Positions 49,111 through 63,053 of a stretch of DNA of 64,000 bases are shown one piece after another. The notes beneath the pieces were generated by a model. The model had not been told where the DNA came from. It saw only the letters and a list, made by a program, of their open reading frames with translations, and searched no databases. The stretch spans positions 1,984,001-2,048,000 of the forward strand of contig CP154954.1 of assembly GCA_039621445.1 (NCBI GenBank), in the 5' to 3' direction. The number at the start of each line of letters is the position of its first letter. The first letter of the stretch is position 1. The translations under genes and the position numbers were made by a program. The DNA is from Euglena gracilis (lineage: Eukaryota).

Positions 49111-49549
49111 TGTACCAGGCAGCCATGATGCCATGGCATTGTGTGTTACAAAGGGCGAATGCCTGTTAGCTGGCCTTTGGCCAGCTGCACACAGTGCTAT
49201 GTGATTCTGCACTAACTGGTGATGACGTCCCAGTTAGGGAATTCTCCTGCAGAATAAGAAACACTTGGTTCCTACTTAGCTTAAGGTTTTATTGGGTTGG
49301 TTTTGTAAGTAGGTTTTCCTTTGAGGGGCGAAGACCCCAATCTTTACAATTATTTTTGTTCTGTTTATCAAGACCCGAAGAGGTCAACAAGAACAACAGA
49401 AAAGGGACTCGGGTCCCAAAACAAAATCTCCTCTCCCTTTGCCTTGTGCTCTGCATAAAGGGGTCAAAGGGTTTATAAATTTTATTTTGTTACTCCCGCG
49501 CCTTTTCTGGGAGAAAGGGAAAAGCGAAAGAGAAAGGGCGGGACGTACA
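49111..49549 (+). mobile_element. 5' LTR (439 bp) of an LTR retrotransposon
   Basis: TGTAC...GTACA termini; starts where block P homology ends; TTTATAAAT near 49472; followed by PBS and long ORF. Confidence 0.75.
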
Positions 49550-49551
49550 CT

Positions 49552-49561
49552 TGGTAGCAGA
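49552..49561 (+). promoter_or_regulatory. Primer-binding site TGGTAGCAGA (tRNA-iMet-like)
   Basis: 2 nt after the LTR's CA end; begins TGG (complement of tRNA CCA). Confidence 0.65.
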
Positions 49562-49820
49562 TTAGGTAAACGGTCTTACGACCCCCCCCACAAATTTTCA
49601 GCTGAGCGCCAGCTCGTACGCACAGGCGAGGAGTCCCAGGTGGCACAAGCAGCTACGGCCGCACAAAAAGCCCCTGATCTCCCCACCTTTGCTTACATTT
49701 TTGGGTTTTTGTGTCAATTTTCACAATTTTCCCCCAAAATATGCAGAGTACAACTCCCAACTGGAATGCACCTATTAACTATGAATTGTTAATAGGTTCA
49801 CAGACAAAACCGCTTCGGCG

Positions 49821-51262
49821 GTGTACAATTTTACAAAAGGGACGGGTGTACAAGCCGCTTCGGCGGATCCCCCTCTTACAACGGGTTTTAGGACCCAATC
49901 CCCCCCTACAACGGGTTTTCGGACCCCAACCCCCCCTACAACGGGTTTTAGGACCCAATCCCCCCCTACAACGGGTTTTCGGACCCCAACCCCCCCTACA
50001 ACGGGTTTTCCGAACCAGCCCCCCCCTGCAACGGATCCACAAGGGGCGGACGCCCAAGTCGCTAACGCGACAGAAAATTTTTATCCACAAGGGGCGGACG
50101 CCCAAGTCGCTTTAGCGACCGAAAATTTTTATTCACAAGGGGCGGATGCCCGAGCCGCTTCTGCGGTGGAAAATTTTTCCTTACAAGGGGCGGATGCCCA
50201 AGCCGCTTCGGCGGTACCCCCCCCCCAACTGGGTTTTCGAACCCAAACCGCTTTAGCGGTGCCCCCCCCTACTACAAACCGCTTCGGCGGTGCCCCCACC
50301 CTCCAAGGGTCTTCGGACCCAAGCCGCTTCGGCGGTGCCCCCCCCCTCCAAGGGTCTACGGACCCAACCCGCATTTGCGGACCCAACCTTACAATCGCCG
50401 CATTTGCGGTACAACATAACCCTACAGTGGATCTACGGACCCCCTCCGCTTCCGCGGATTCTGACTCACAAGTGGGCAGAATGCCCGAACGGGGTTGGCA
50501 ATTAGTGCCTCTTGGCACCCAATTGCCAGCAGAGCCCCCCCCTTACGAGGACGGGTTGGAAACACCTTGTTTTTTCCAACCCCCCTCGGCCCTTCCACCG
50601 GTAAGCCCCATTCGGGACTTGCCCCCCCCCTCCACAATTGGGAGAAATCCCAGAACTACCTTGGTCCGCTGAAATGCGGTTGGTGGTCCCGGACACTGCC
50701 AGTGTCATTGTTCCCATGGACAATGACCCCGTGGAAGACCGGGATTCGTTCTCCAGTAATACCGTTGAGCGCGTAGTCGCAAATTTACCGGAGAACCACC
50801 CACTACAACAGCAATTTCGACACATCGAAGCATGTGTCCAAATTGCGTGTCTCGCGTTTTCATCACCCAAACAAAAAAATGCGTTCTTCGGCAAGCTGGA
50901 CTTCCTTTGGCAATACGTCCAAGAATTTGGACAATTTTGCCAAAAGAATTTCAACTCCACTACAATGGACCTTCAGAACCTCCACCAAGGTTTTGACGCA
51001 TTTTTGCGCAACACCTTGGTACAAAATTTCCAACAGGTACAAGAGACCCTCCAAACCGCGGAATCGCGGAATAACGCAAAACTTTCACATTTACAACAAA
51101 ATCTACAACAACTGTTCACACAACTTGAAACCTTGTCTTATACAATGCAAGAAATGCAGTCCCGGTTACAACAACGGGATAAAGCGCCTACGGGTGCGGA
51201 ACTGGGCTCATATGTGTCATATGAGCACTTTTCAACTTTGTCCAATGTTGTACAACAGTCCC
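49821..51262 (+). CDS. Gag-like ORF (Pro/Thr-rich repeats then Gln/Leu coiled-coil), frameshift near the C-run at ~50625, truncated by the fold-back
   Basis: ORFs 49821..50672 and 50638..51645 directly downstream of LTR/PBS; identity inferred from position, no diagnostic gag motif seen. Confidence 0.55.
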
Positions 51263-53036
51263 AAGAACGCATTTTGCGTTTGGGTGATGAAAACGCGAGA
51301 CACATTTGGACACATGCTTCGATGTGTCGAAATTGCTGTTGTAGTGGGTGGTTCTCCGGTAAATTTGCGACTACGCGCTCAACGGTATTACTGGAGAACG
51401 AATCCCGGTCTTCCACGGGGTCATTGTCCATGGGAACAATGACACTGGCAGTGTCCGGGACCACCAACCGCATTTCAGCGGACCAAGGTAGTTCTGGGAT
51501 TTCTCCCAATTGTGGAGGGGGGGGGCAAGTCCCGAATGGGGCTTACCGGTGGAAGGGCCGAGGGGGGTTGGAAAAAACAAGGTGTTTCCAACCCGTCCTC
51601 GTAAGGGGGGGGCTCTGCTGGCAATTGGGTGCCAAGAGGCACTAATTGCCAACCCCGTTCGGGCATTCTGCCCACTTGTGAGTCAGAATCCGCGGAAGCG
51701 GAGGGGGTCCGTAGATCCACTGTAGGGTTATGTTGTACCGCAAATGCGGCGATTGTAAGGTTGGGTCCGCAAATGCGGGTTGGGTCCGTAGACCCTTGGA
51801 GGTGGGGGGCACCGCCGAAGCGGCTTGGGTCCGAAGACCCTTGGAGGGTGGGGGCACCGCCGAAGCGGTTTGTAGTAGGGGGGGGCACCGCTAAAGCGGT
51901 TTGGGTTCGAAAACCCAGTTGTGAGGGGGGTACCGCCGAAGCGGCTTGGGCATCCGCCCCTTGTAAGGAAAAATTTTCCACCGCAGAAGCGGCTCGGGCA
52001 TCCGCCCCTTGTGAATAAAAATTTTCGGTCGCTAAAGCGACTTGGGCGTCCGCCCCTTGTGGATAAAAATTTTCTGTCGCGTTAGCGACTTGGGCGTCCG
52101 CCCCTTGTGGATCCGTTGCAGGGGGGGGCTGGTTCGGAAAACCCGTTGTAGGGGGGGTTGGGGTCCGAAAACCCGTTGTAGGGGGGGATTGGGTCCTAAA
52201 ACCCGTTGTAGGGGGGGTTGGGGTCCGAAAACCCGTTGTAGGGGGGGATTGGGTCCTAAAACCCGTTGTAAGAGGGGGATCCGCCGAAGCGGCTTGTACA
52301 CCCGTCCCTTTTGTAAAATTGTACACCGCCGAAGCGGTTTTGTCTGTGAACCTATTAACAATTCATAGTTAATAGGTGCATTCCAGTTGGGAGTTGTACT
52401 CTGCATATTTTGGGGGAAAATTGTGAAAATTGACACAAAAACCCAAAAATGTAAGCAAAGGTGGGGAGATCAGGGGCTTTTTGTGCGGCCGTAGCTGCTT
52501 GTGCCACCTGGGACTCCTCGCCTGTGCGTACGAGCTGGCGCTCAGCTGAAAATTTGTGGGGGGGGTCGTAAGACCGTTTACCTAATCTGCTACCAAGTGT
52601 ACGTCCCGCCCTTTCTCTTTCGCTTTTCCCTTTCTCCCAGAAAAGGCGCGGGAGTAACAAAATAAAATTTATAAACCCTTTGACCCCTTTATGCAGAGCA
52701 CAAGGCAAAGGGAGAGGAGATTTTGTTTTGGGACCCGAGTCCCTTTTCTGTTGTTCTTGTTGACCTCTTCGGGTCTTGATAAACAGAACAAAAATAATTG
52801 TAAAGATTGGGGTCTTCGCCCCTCAAAGGAAAACCTACTTACAAAACCAACCCAATAAAACCTTAAGCTAAGTAGGAACCAAGTGTTTCTTATTCTGCAG
52901 GAGAATTCCCTAACTGGGACGTCATCACCAGTTAGTGCAGAATCACATAGCACTGTGTGCAGCTGGCCAAAGGCCAGCTAACAGGCATTCGCCCTTTGTA
53001 ACACACAATGCCATGGCATCATGGCTGCCTGGTACA
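51263..53036 (-). mobile_element. Mirror copy of LTR (52598-53036), PBS and 5' gag-like region
   Basis: Reverse complement of 49111-50888, almost identical. Confidence 0.75.
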
Positions 53037-56000
53037 CACCACCCTCCAGGCATCGTGGGACCCAAATGGCCACTCCAGGGGAGGGGGGACACTTTGGAGA
53101 GGAGGTCAAATTTTGGCCTTTGCCGCCTTTGGTGTCGAAGGAAAATTAGGGGTAAACCCTTTGAGGGGATAAACCAGAATTTGCCAAAAAACTTGGCCAC
53201 GTTTGGGGGGTGACATTTTGAGGGGGCGAGGGTGAGTTAAATTTGGTTAAGGTAAATTGGGTGAAGTTAACTTCACTGGTGAAGATTACTTCACTGGTGA
53301 GGTTCACTACAAGAGAACTTGTTTGTCAAAAAAAAAATGGCCAAAATGACATTCTTTAAGAAATTTTGATAAAAGTCCACAACAAATGCACACAGAGTGA
53401 CGACCATTAACAGAATGGCGGCGCATGTCTTATGATGGTATGGTCGTGGGTTGGAAACCCACGAGGTCACACAGGTCCTTTGAGGGGCGAGACCGTGCCA
53501 ATTAAGTACATCGCCAATTTTTATTTTGGAATTCATCCAACACTTTTTCAGGCGGGTTGCTGCCTTCGGGTCCAAAAACAGTCTCCCCTTTGGCTGTAAA
53601 AAAAAAACTTGAACTGCACTTTTTTGCAGTGCCTTTGACTTGTTTTTTTCTCACATGGGATGACAACAACACATAAACCCAATTTTTAAATGGGAAAAAA
53701 AGGTGCTTTGCACACAAAAAAAGGAGAAACGGTCTGAAATTTCTGAAAAAGGTAGAACATAAATTACACGGCGGAAATTAAAAAATGAATTACGCCGTAA
53801 GTTACGCGTAAGTTACAAGTGAAACTTACAATTGTAAATTACGTTGCAATGCTACCAGGTGCGAAGCGCCGAGGAAACTTTTTTTATGGCACAACCAAAA
53901 TGTATTTTTTTTCTGTCCCCCTGGCCCCAAAGGGGCCGAGACGTTAACGCCTTTTTTGAATTCCAATGCTCCAAAAAATTTGAGCTAGAAAGCGAAATCA
54001 TGGGTAGAACCCCTTTGGAAACCCCCCAACTCAACCCAACTGTCGACTTCGCAACCTGGGGGGGGGGCAGCCCCCCCCCCAGGTTGAGGACAATTCTTTT
54101 CTGTTTTTTAGGGGGGTTTCTTCCACAAAAATTTCATGTTTCCCCTCCCCCCTTTTGCCATGCGATTCTTTTGTACTTGTGCAATCTCCCCTTTTGCCAA
54201 TGGGACATATTTTGGGTCAAATTAATACGCCAAAAAAGGCGCCATTGTTTGGGTCGAAAATCTTTTCACCTCAAATCTTGGCATTTCTTTCCATTTTTTT
54301 GACCATGTCAAGACAAATTTTCGATGGTTTGAACCAGAAAATTGATGAAAAGCGACCAAAAACGCCACCTACATCAAAAAGCAGGCTGAAATGATGAATG
54401 AAAAGAAAGGCTGGCTGATGAAGGTTGATGCATTGTATGAAAATTGAAAGCTCGATTCTCGGGTCACGGGCGGGTCACGGGGGGGTCACGGGGGTAGCAC
54501 CCCCCTAACCCCCCCAATTGGCCATCTGGACCTGTCCTTCATAATCGCGAACCCCCGAAAAACACCCGAATAAAGGCATTTTCCCTTGAAATGAGAACCC
54601 CCCCCCTAATTGGCCACCTGGGCTTTGGCCAATTAGGGGGGGGGAATAAGGGGGGGGTGTTTAAAGTGAAAATACTGGCTACCACTCTTTTTACAAGACA
54701 CAAATGTTTTGCAAAATGCATCTGAATTTCGCAAAACCCATCATTGCCAACCTCAATTGGACGAAAAATGTCGCAACTGTCTCGGGGGTAGGCAGTACAG
54801 TTGTGATTTTCTGGGGACACCCCCCACCCCCATGTACAGCTTCCAACCCCCCCCCCTCGGACCCCCCCCCTCCCCCCCTGTGCCTTGTTTCCAAGGAGGG
54901 GGTTTGCATGGTGCAGAGGAAGTGCATCACTTTGTAGGCATCAAGGCAATACCGTAATAAAATGTGCTCACACTGCGGGTCGCCGAGATTGCTCAGGACA
55001 TGTCAAGCTTCCTTCATTTACTCCACCAACGCTGGCACCTCTTTTTTTAAACGTTGTTGAAGCCGGGTGCTCCATTGGAAAGCCCAAGACTCGCAAGCCC
55101 TGGCCAGGCAACCATGGGACTTTTGGGGGTGGTTCGGGACGCGGGGGCACGGGGGGGGGGGGGACGCGGGGGGGGACCCGGGGGGGGAACTGTGGCCCAA
55201 CCACCCCCACACGTTTTCTTTGGCGTCACACCCGAATTTGTATGAAATTTCTTGATGGTCGCCCCCCCCCCCTTGAAATTGGGGTGGGGAAGGGGGGGGG
55301 GGGGGCGGGGGGGGAACTCGGGGGGGTCACGGGGGCTGGGGGGGGGGACTTCTGTGTCTAATATTTTCGTGTATTTTTCACAAGGAATTAAAGAGAGTAC
55401 ACCAAAAAAGCAATGGAAATATCAACGGGGGAAAAGTGATTGAACCTGAAGTTCAGAGTGAAGGAAACAACTCCGCGGACAAAATCCGAGATCAGAACGT
55501 GGGGGTTGTGACAGGGGGGAACAGTTGACCAAAAAAGACCGATGGTCCTGTAGGTGCTGGGCATCGAACCCTTCTATTTGTTTGTGACCCCAACCATGCG
55601 GCCCGGGCGCGACCACTCGGTTGCGGGTGACCCTGGGCCTTGGACTTTCTTTCTCCTATTTTTTTCGTGTATTTTTCACGAAAGGAAGTACACCAAAACA
55701 CCAAGCACTGGAATCGTTTGGAAAGGTTATCCTGAAGTTGAGGAATGCATGCTGCCGTCAGAACACTCTCTCGTGCCGATTTCAAGTTGGAAGTTCAAGT
55801 TCCGAAACACAAAAACCGCTTTTCCCAGGTGCTGTCAAAGATGTTTCTCCTTTCTTTTTTTCAACCTTCCCTCTCTTTCCCCTTTCCCCTCCCTTCTGTT
55901 TCACTTGTTTTCATGCGCCTTGCACTTTCCCCCCCATTTTCCTCATTCCTCCCCCTCCCACCCCACTCTTTCTCCTCCCTCTCCCCCCAACCTTTCCCTT

Positions 56001-56939
56001 CCCCTTTCTTCCTGCCAAATCATTCTTCCCAGCCATGGGAACTTCCAACTCCTGTGGAACTAACGCACTTAACATCCAAACTTTCTCACACCAACTTTTG
56101 TTGATGTTTTTGCCTTTCCCCCTTCCCCCAGCCCAAAACCTTTGGTGCACTCTCATTCCAACCGGGGGTGGGTCCTCGCCAAACACCCCACCCCCAACAA
56201 AATCTTTTTTAACAAGACAAACCCCCAACAAAACCTCTCCACCCCTACCCCCCCCCGCTTCTTCCCGGACCCGGGGGGGGTCCTCAGCCCAGCTCCAAAT
56301 CCCAAGGAGTTTCCACCCTCCTCACCTGGTGTGGCTTCCCTCTGATTGACTTGTCCCACTGCGGCCTCCCCAAATCATGCTGATTTCCCCTCCCCCTTCT
56401 GCCTGAAAGACCCGCCCCTCCCCCCTCCTGGCCCGCCTCCCTACCCACTGTTTCTTACCCCCCTCCTTAAATATCATATGCTTCGTTGCAAGGAAGAAAA
56501 TGAAACTAGCTCCCTATCTCTTTCCCATCTTTCCCTCGAATCTTCCCTCCTCCTCCCCCCTGGATCTTCTGCCACTGTTTTACATCTTCCCTTCCCCTAT
56601 CTCCCCCCCTCCCCCTCCCCCCCCAACATTCCCCCATTTGCCACCCCCCTTGTCCCATGTCCCTCCCCCCCAGTCCCATTCCTTCCCTTTCCCACCCTCC
56701 CCTCCTCCCATTTTTTCTCTCCCCCTTTCAAACCAAACTCCTCCTTCTGTCCCCCCCGGGGTCTCTGGGTCTCCTTCGACTCCCCCCCCCCCCCACCCAC
56801 AAAAAACATGCTTCCCACATGGGTGTCTCCCTCCCCTATTACCCTCCCCTTCCCCTTCCCCTCCCTACAACCCCCTCCCCCCCGCCCAAATAACCCCCAC
56901 CATCCCTTCCCCCGACCCCTACTCTCCTTCCGGAAAAAA

Positions 56940-58935
56940 AATGGATTCTTCTCTGCGCGACATTCAGCCAACCCCGGGCCAGTGTCCTCAGCCAACTGCC
57001 CTTTTCCAATACCTATCCTCCGGAAACTGACACCTTGGGCGTGGTCACGCGGCACCTGGGACGTCTTGCCGCAGCTGGTCAAGTACCAGCCCAAAACCTT
57101 GGTACCCTCTCATGGGACAACCTGGCGCTTCCCCTCGGCCTACGCTGCTGCCCGGCCCCCCGCACGCAATCATGGCTGCTCTCCCCTTCAACAAATCTTC
57201 CCTGCCAAGATATCTAAGCCCGCCGTCCCCCTCCCCGAATGGCAATTGGCCCACCACCGCACTCACTACCCCAGCCGGCTGCATCCCCACGGACGTCTAC
57301 CCTTCGCCGGCTCTCGAAAAGTCAAGGAGACGAGAACGACCATCCACCCTCCCGCAATACACTGTGCGGCCTAGCCGGTCGTTTGTCAAAACTTAACCTC
57401 CCCCATCCAATTTCCAGGAAGTGTATGTACCATATACTCCGGAATATGTTCAATGTCCTCCTGGATCTCCAACTGCATCGCTTCTGCACCTTACCATGGG
57501 TCGTCTTATCTCTCTCCTCCTCTCCGTCCTCTCCCTCAACTGGCTTCTTATACTCACCCTGAAATATTACAACGATGCCACCTGTGCTCTCCCCTCAAAA
57601 GAACTTGCAGAACGCGGGCTTGGACAACGCGGCTCCTATCCCATCCCGACCCATGTTTGGGACACTGTTGTCCCCCCCAGCCTCGTCCACACCCTCCTCT
57701 ACCATCCACCACCGCCGTCTCTTCAGCGACGCCCCTCCCCACTCACTTTTGTCCTTCTCCACTCTTTGGCACGGGACAAGTTCCTTCTTCCCCTGCCAAG
57801 ATCTTCGGGGGAATTCCACCCCTCCTCCAACATGGCCTCTTTTATCCACCCCAAAAACAGCAGTAAAGTCAGCTTTATTGCCGACTTGCGGTGGGCGAAC
57901 ACATTCTCCAACCCTCCACCATTCCACCTCCCCTCCCTTCCCCAAATCTCCCACACCATTTCCAAATTCCCCCCCGGCACACTGTGGGCTGCCACCATCG
58001 ACCTCACCAATTTCTTTTGGAGTCTCTAACTTCCTCCTTCCGCCAAGCACGCCTTCCGCACCTCCTCCTTCTACTTCCCCTGCCTTCCCTTCGGGTGGAA
58101 CATATCCCCACGCCTAGCCCACCTCCCCCTTCAAGACCTTATCCAGCAGGCTTTCCTCCCTCCCTTCGACGTACACCAACGGAACACACTTCTTCATCTT
58201 CACCTACTATGACGACATTCTCGTCCTTGCCCCATCGTACTCTCTGCAACCTCGTGACCAGCACCATCACATCTACCCTTCTCTCAAATAACCTCCTCAT
58301 CTCCCCCAAATCCTCCCTTGTGCCGACACAAGAAATCACTTGGCTGGGCAAGGTCTTCAACCTTTGCAATCGGACCATCCAAAACACCCTTGCCACATCC
58401 CAAAGGGCCCTTGCCCTATGCCTCCTATGCGCCTATATTCCCCTACATCCTCGTGTAATCGACCGCCTCACCGGTTACATGCTGTGGTTCCACCGACCTC
58501 ATCGTGGAACAACCCTGTTCCTCCAGGGATGGTACTTGACAAAGTACACAATTGGCCGGCTCGACCACGCCTTTCCAAAACTCCGAAGGGCCCTCTTCCA
58601 CCTCCTCTTACAAGGCCTCACACCCTGGACCGCTTTCGACCCAATCCCACCTCCCCTATTCAACCCCCTCATCTTCGTTGACGCCGCCCTCACAACTGAA
58701 GGCTGCCAAATCGGCCTTTACTGCCCCACCGTCGGATGCCGAATCCAACGAATCCACTGCCCAGCCATATCCCAACAACGTGCCGAGCTGCTTGCCTTGG
58801 AACAAGCTGTCCACTTCGCCCATAACACTGGTCTCCATCCCTGCACTATTATTGGTGACAACCTTTCCGCTCTCCACCTCCTTTCGCACTTCACTCCCTC
58901 CCTCTCGAACCTACCCCTTTGTAAAGACCTCCCTA
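56940..58935 (+). pseudogene. Mirror copy of the DIRS/Ngaro-type RT + RNase H
   Basis: ORFs 57421..58029 and 57891..59144; same TAA at 58027-58029; sequence degrades after ~58930. Confidence 0.8.
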
Positions 58936-59329
58936 CCTTTGTACCACTCATTGCCCCCCTACTCTTTTGGAACTTCCCCTTGTGTGACCCTTATCCCCCA
59001 AACCTCTGTCCCTCCTCATCCTTCCCAATCTTGAAGAACCCTCTCTTATCTGTTGTTTCATCACAGCCCTCAAACCCCTTCGATCTAAACCCATGGGTTG
59101 TCCGCCTTCACAGTGATCGCTGGTTTGGGGTGAAGAACTTGTAAAGGGGGTGGGCCTGATTGCCTAAGGCTGCATTCACACGTGCAAACTCACCCAATGG
59201 TGTGCAATCGACCTCCCCGAACGCACCCATCACTATCTGTGGAACGCACTCTGCTTGATTCGTTCCCACCCGACTTGGAAGGTTGTGGCTCCCTGTCATG
59301 CTTGCGATCCACTCCTTCGTATTCGCAAG

Positions 59330-59815
59330 GCCCAACTCACCAAACAAGGGGATGCATGGAAGGAGCCTGTGTGGCCATTGCCTAAGGACTCTTCCTACGT
59401 GACACACCCAATGGATGGGCCGCAAGTCGACCTCCAGAACGCCTTCAATGCGGGGATGCAAGCTCTGCTTGACATGCGTTCACGAGCCCGGACTTGGAGC
59501 ATGGGGCCTGTCGTATCGACTCATTCGTATTCGCAAGGCCACAAATCACCAGTGAAGTGCCAGCAAGTGACCCCTTTGGGCCGCTCTTCTTCGCCTTGAC
59601 ACGGCAAGATGTGGTGACAGGACTCCCAAGGGATCTCGCTATGAATGCATGGTATCTGGATGATGGGCACCTCGTAGGCGCAATGGAGGCCTTGGAATCA
59701 TCCATGCAAGCTCCAGCCGCCTCGAGGCGCACCTGAATCTGCAAGCGCCGCCTTTGGGACCACCACAAGTCCAATCAAACACAGAATGCCCAAACTTTGA
59801 GTTGCCCCGTTCCGT
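59330..59815 (+). pseudogene. Mirror copy of the CRE-like RT fragment
   Basis: QVDLQNAFNA, DPFGPLFFAL, AWYLDDGHLVG with many indels. Confidence 0.8.
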
Positions 59816-62159
59816 TCCATCCCAAGGGGGTGTTCCCCCCGCGTCCCCCCCGCGTCCCCCCCCGCGTACCCCCCGCGTCCCGGATTTCGGCCGGGCATGT
59901 TTTTTTGTTGACCAAATGAAAATTTCATACAAATTCGGGTGACGCCAAAGAAAACGTGTGGGGGTGGTTGGGCCACAGTTCCCCCCGCGTCCCCCCCCCC
60001 GCGTCCCCCCCCGCGTCCCGAACCACCCCCCAAAAGTCCCATGGTTGCCTGGCCAGGGCTTGCGAGTCTTGGGCTTTCCAATGGAGCACCCGGCTTCAAC
60101 AACGTTTAAAAAAAAGAGGTGCCAGCGTTGGTGGACCAAATGAAGGAAGCTTGACATGTCCTGAGCAATCTCGGCGACCCGCAGTGTGAGCACATTTTAT
60201 TACGGTATTGCCTTGATGCCTACAAAGTGATGCACTTCCTCTGCACCATGCAAACCCCCTCCTTGGAAACAAGGCACAGGGGGGGAGGGGGGGGTCCGAG
60301 GGGGGGGTTGGAAGCTGTACAGGGGGGGGGGAGGGGGGGTCCCCAGAAAATCACAACTGTACTGCCTACCCCCGAGACAGTTGCGACATTTTTCGTCCAA
60401 TTGAGGTTGGCAATGATGGGTTTTGCGAAATTCAGATGCATTTTGCAAAACATTTGTGTCTTGTAAAAAGAGTGGTAGCCAGTATTTTCACTTTAAACAC
60501 CCCCCCCTTATTCCCCCCCCCCTAATTGGCCAAAGCCCAGGTGGCCAATTAGGGGGGGGGGTTCTCATTTCAAGGGAAAATGCCTTTATTCGGGTGTTTT
60601 TCGGGGGTTCGCGATTATGAAGGACAGGTCCAGATGGCCAATTGGGGGGGTTAGGGGGGTGCTACCCCCGTGACCCCCCCGTGACCCGCCCGTGACCCGA
60701 GAATCGAGCTTTCAATTTTCATACAATGCATCAACCTTCATCACCCAGCCTTTCTTTTCATTCATCATTTCAGCCTGCTTTTTGATGTAGGTGGCGTTTT
60801 TGGTCGCTTTTCATCAATTTTCTGGTTCAAACCATCGAAAATTTGTCTTGACATGGTCAAAAAAATGGAAAGAAATGCCAAGATTTGAGGTGAAAAGATT
60901 TTCGACCCAAACAATGGCGCCTTTTTTGGCGTATTAATTTGACCCAAAATATGTCCCATTGGCAAAAGGGGAGATTGCACAAGTACAAAAGAATCGCATG
61001 GCAAAAGGGGGGAGGGGAAACATGAAATTTTTGTGGAAGAAACCCCCCTAAAAAACAGAAAAGAATTGTCCTCAACCTGGGGGGGGGGGCTGCCCCCCCC
61101 CCAGGTTGCGAAGTCGACAGTTGGGTTGAGTTGGGGGGTTTCCAAAGGGGTTCTACCCATGATTTCGCTTTCTAGCTCAAATTTTTTGGAGCATTGGAAT
61201 TCAAAAAAGGCGTTAACGTCTCGGCCCCTTTGGGGCCAGGGGGACAGAAAAAAATACATTTTGGTTGTGCCATAAAAAAAGTTTCCTCGGCGCTTCGCAC
61301 CTGGTAGCATTGCAACGTAATTTACAATTGTAAGTTTCACTTGTAACTTACGCGTAACTTACGGCGTAATTCATTTTTTAATTTCCGCCGTGTAATTTAT
61401 GTTCTACCTTTTTCAGAAATTTCAGACCGTTTCTCCTTTTTTTGTGTGCAAAGCACCTTTTTTTCCCATTTAAAAATTGGGTTTATGTGTTGTTGTCATC
61501 CCATGTGAGAAAAAAACAAGTCAAAGGCACTGCAAAAAAAGTGCAGTTCAAGTTTTTTTTTTTTTACAGCCAAAGGGGAGACTGTTTTTGGACCCGAAGG
61601 CAGCAACCCGCCTGAAAAAGTGTTGGATGAATTCCAAAATAAAAATTGGCGATGTACTTAATTGGCACGGTCTCGCCCCTCAAAGGACCTGTGTGACCTC
61701 GTGGGTTTCCAACCCACGACCATACCATCATAAGACATGCGCCGCCATTCTGTTAATGGTCGTCACTCTGTGTGCATTTGTTGTGGACTTTTATCAAAAT
61801 TTCTTAAAGAATGTCATTTTGGCCATTTTTTTTTGACAAACAAGTTCTCTTGTAGTGAACCTCACCAGTGAAGTAATCTTCACCAGTGAAGTTAACTTCA
61901 CCCAATTTACCTTAACCAAATTTAACTCACCCTCGCCCCCTCAAAATGTCACCCCCCAAACGTGGCCAAGTTTTTTGGCAAATTCTGGTTTATCCCCTCA
62001 AAGGGTTTACCCCTAATTTTCCTTCGACACCAAAGGCGGCAAAGGCCAAAATTTGACCTCCTCTCCAAAGTGTCCCCCCTCCCCTGGAGTGGCCATTTGG
62101 GTCCCACGATGCCTGGAGGGTGGCCACTTTGAGGGGGTGAGGGTAGTGAAATTAAGTTA

Positions 62160-62565
62160 GTTAAGCTGACCCCCCAAATAATACCCCCCCGGGGTATTAT
62201 TTTTTCGCCCGAAGTCCCGGCCCGAGGGGGGGGGGGTATTATTTGGGGGGGGTATTATTTTCCCAAATCTTTCGAAATTTTTCGAAGTCCCGTAAAACCC
62301 AAAATAGCACCCAAAACCCTCTTTGGGGTCATTTTTTGCACTTTCTTGTGAAATTTACCATTTTATGGAGGCCAGATGAGCCGGGAAAATTTTTTTTTTC
62401 GTAATTTGTTGTCACAGATAATGGTTTTTACCGACATTTTCAGGTCAAAAATCCGGGCCTTTGTCCGGGGTATTATTTAGGCGGCCGAAGTCGGACCCCG
62501 AGGCGGGGGTATTATTTGGGGGGGGGTATTATTTGGGGGGGAGTATTATTTGGGGGGTGTTTAAC
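62160..62565. mobile_element. ~400-bp MITE-like element (its mirror at 38433-38577 is truncated)
   Basis: Imperfect TIRs GTTAAGCTGACCCCCCAAATAATAC / GTATTATTTGGGGGGTGTTTAAC; internal GGGGTATTATTT repeats. Confidence 0.5.
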
Positions 62566-63053
62566 TTCACTGAGGCAGATGAGGGGGAGGGTTTCCGGGA
62601 CCCCCCCCCCCCGGTGGACTTCACCCATGTTCGGACATACCCAAAAATGACCACTTTCGGACCAAAAAGCATTTTTTTTTGTTCAAAAATGGCCCAAAGA
62701 TGGCCAAAAATGACCGCTTTTTGGACCCAAAAATCAACGATTTTAGGATGCGTGCCGCCCTTCTCGTGATGGGATGCAACATCATGGATGCTGCTTCCCG
62801 ACTTCCTCCAAAGTGGCATACTTCCCCCGTGACTCCCCCGTGACCCCCCCCCCTCGTGACCCCCCCCCCCGTGACCCGCACCACCCCCTTGGGGTAACCC
62901 CCCCCCCTAATTGGCCAGAAGGGGGGTCCGGGCCGCCCGGAGGGCGGCCAGTTGGTAGTAGAAACGCAGGAAGCAGCTTCAATCACTCCCCCTTGGCACA
63001 CCATGCGGAATTGAGCCAGGGTTGACGTTTTTTGTTTTTCAACAAAAAAACGA

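Larger units (their letters stand above)
38433..62305. repeat. ~24-kb inverted duplication (arms 38433-50888 and 51263-62305, spacer ~374 bp)
   Basis: Mirror-image ORF pairs (49821..50672+ / 51475..52326-, 48934- / 52935+, 41556- / 57891+); 38433 ATTTTGGGTTTTAC is the reverse complement of 62292-62305. Confidence 0.92.

Noticed and set aside
50889-51645. 335-aa ORF 50638..51645 as a complete gene
   Set aside because: Its C-terminal part beyond ~51263 is the antisense of its own N-terminus, created by the fold-back
38433-62305. Single giant TIR transposon or Polinton inserted in Helitron A
   Set aside because: No TSD, no integrase/polB/transposase, Helitron sequence does not resume after 62305, and the boundary lies mid-MITE
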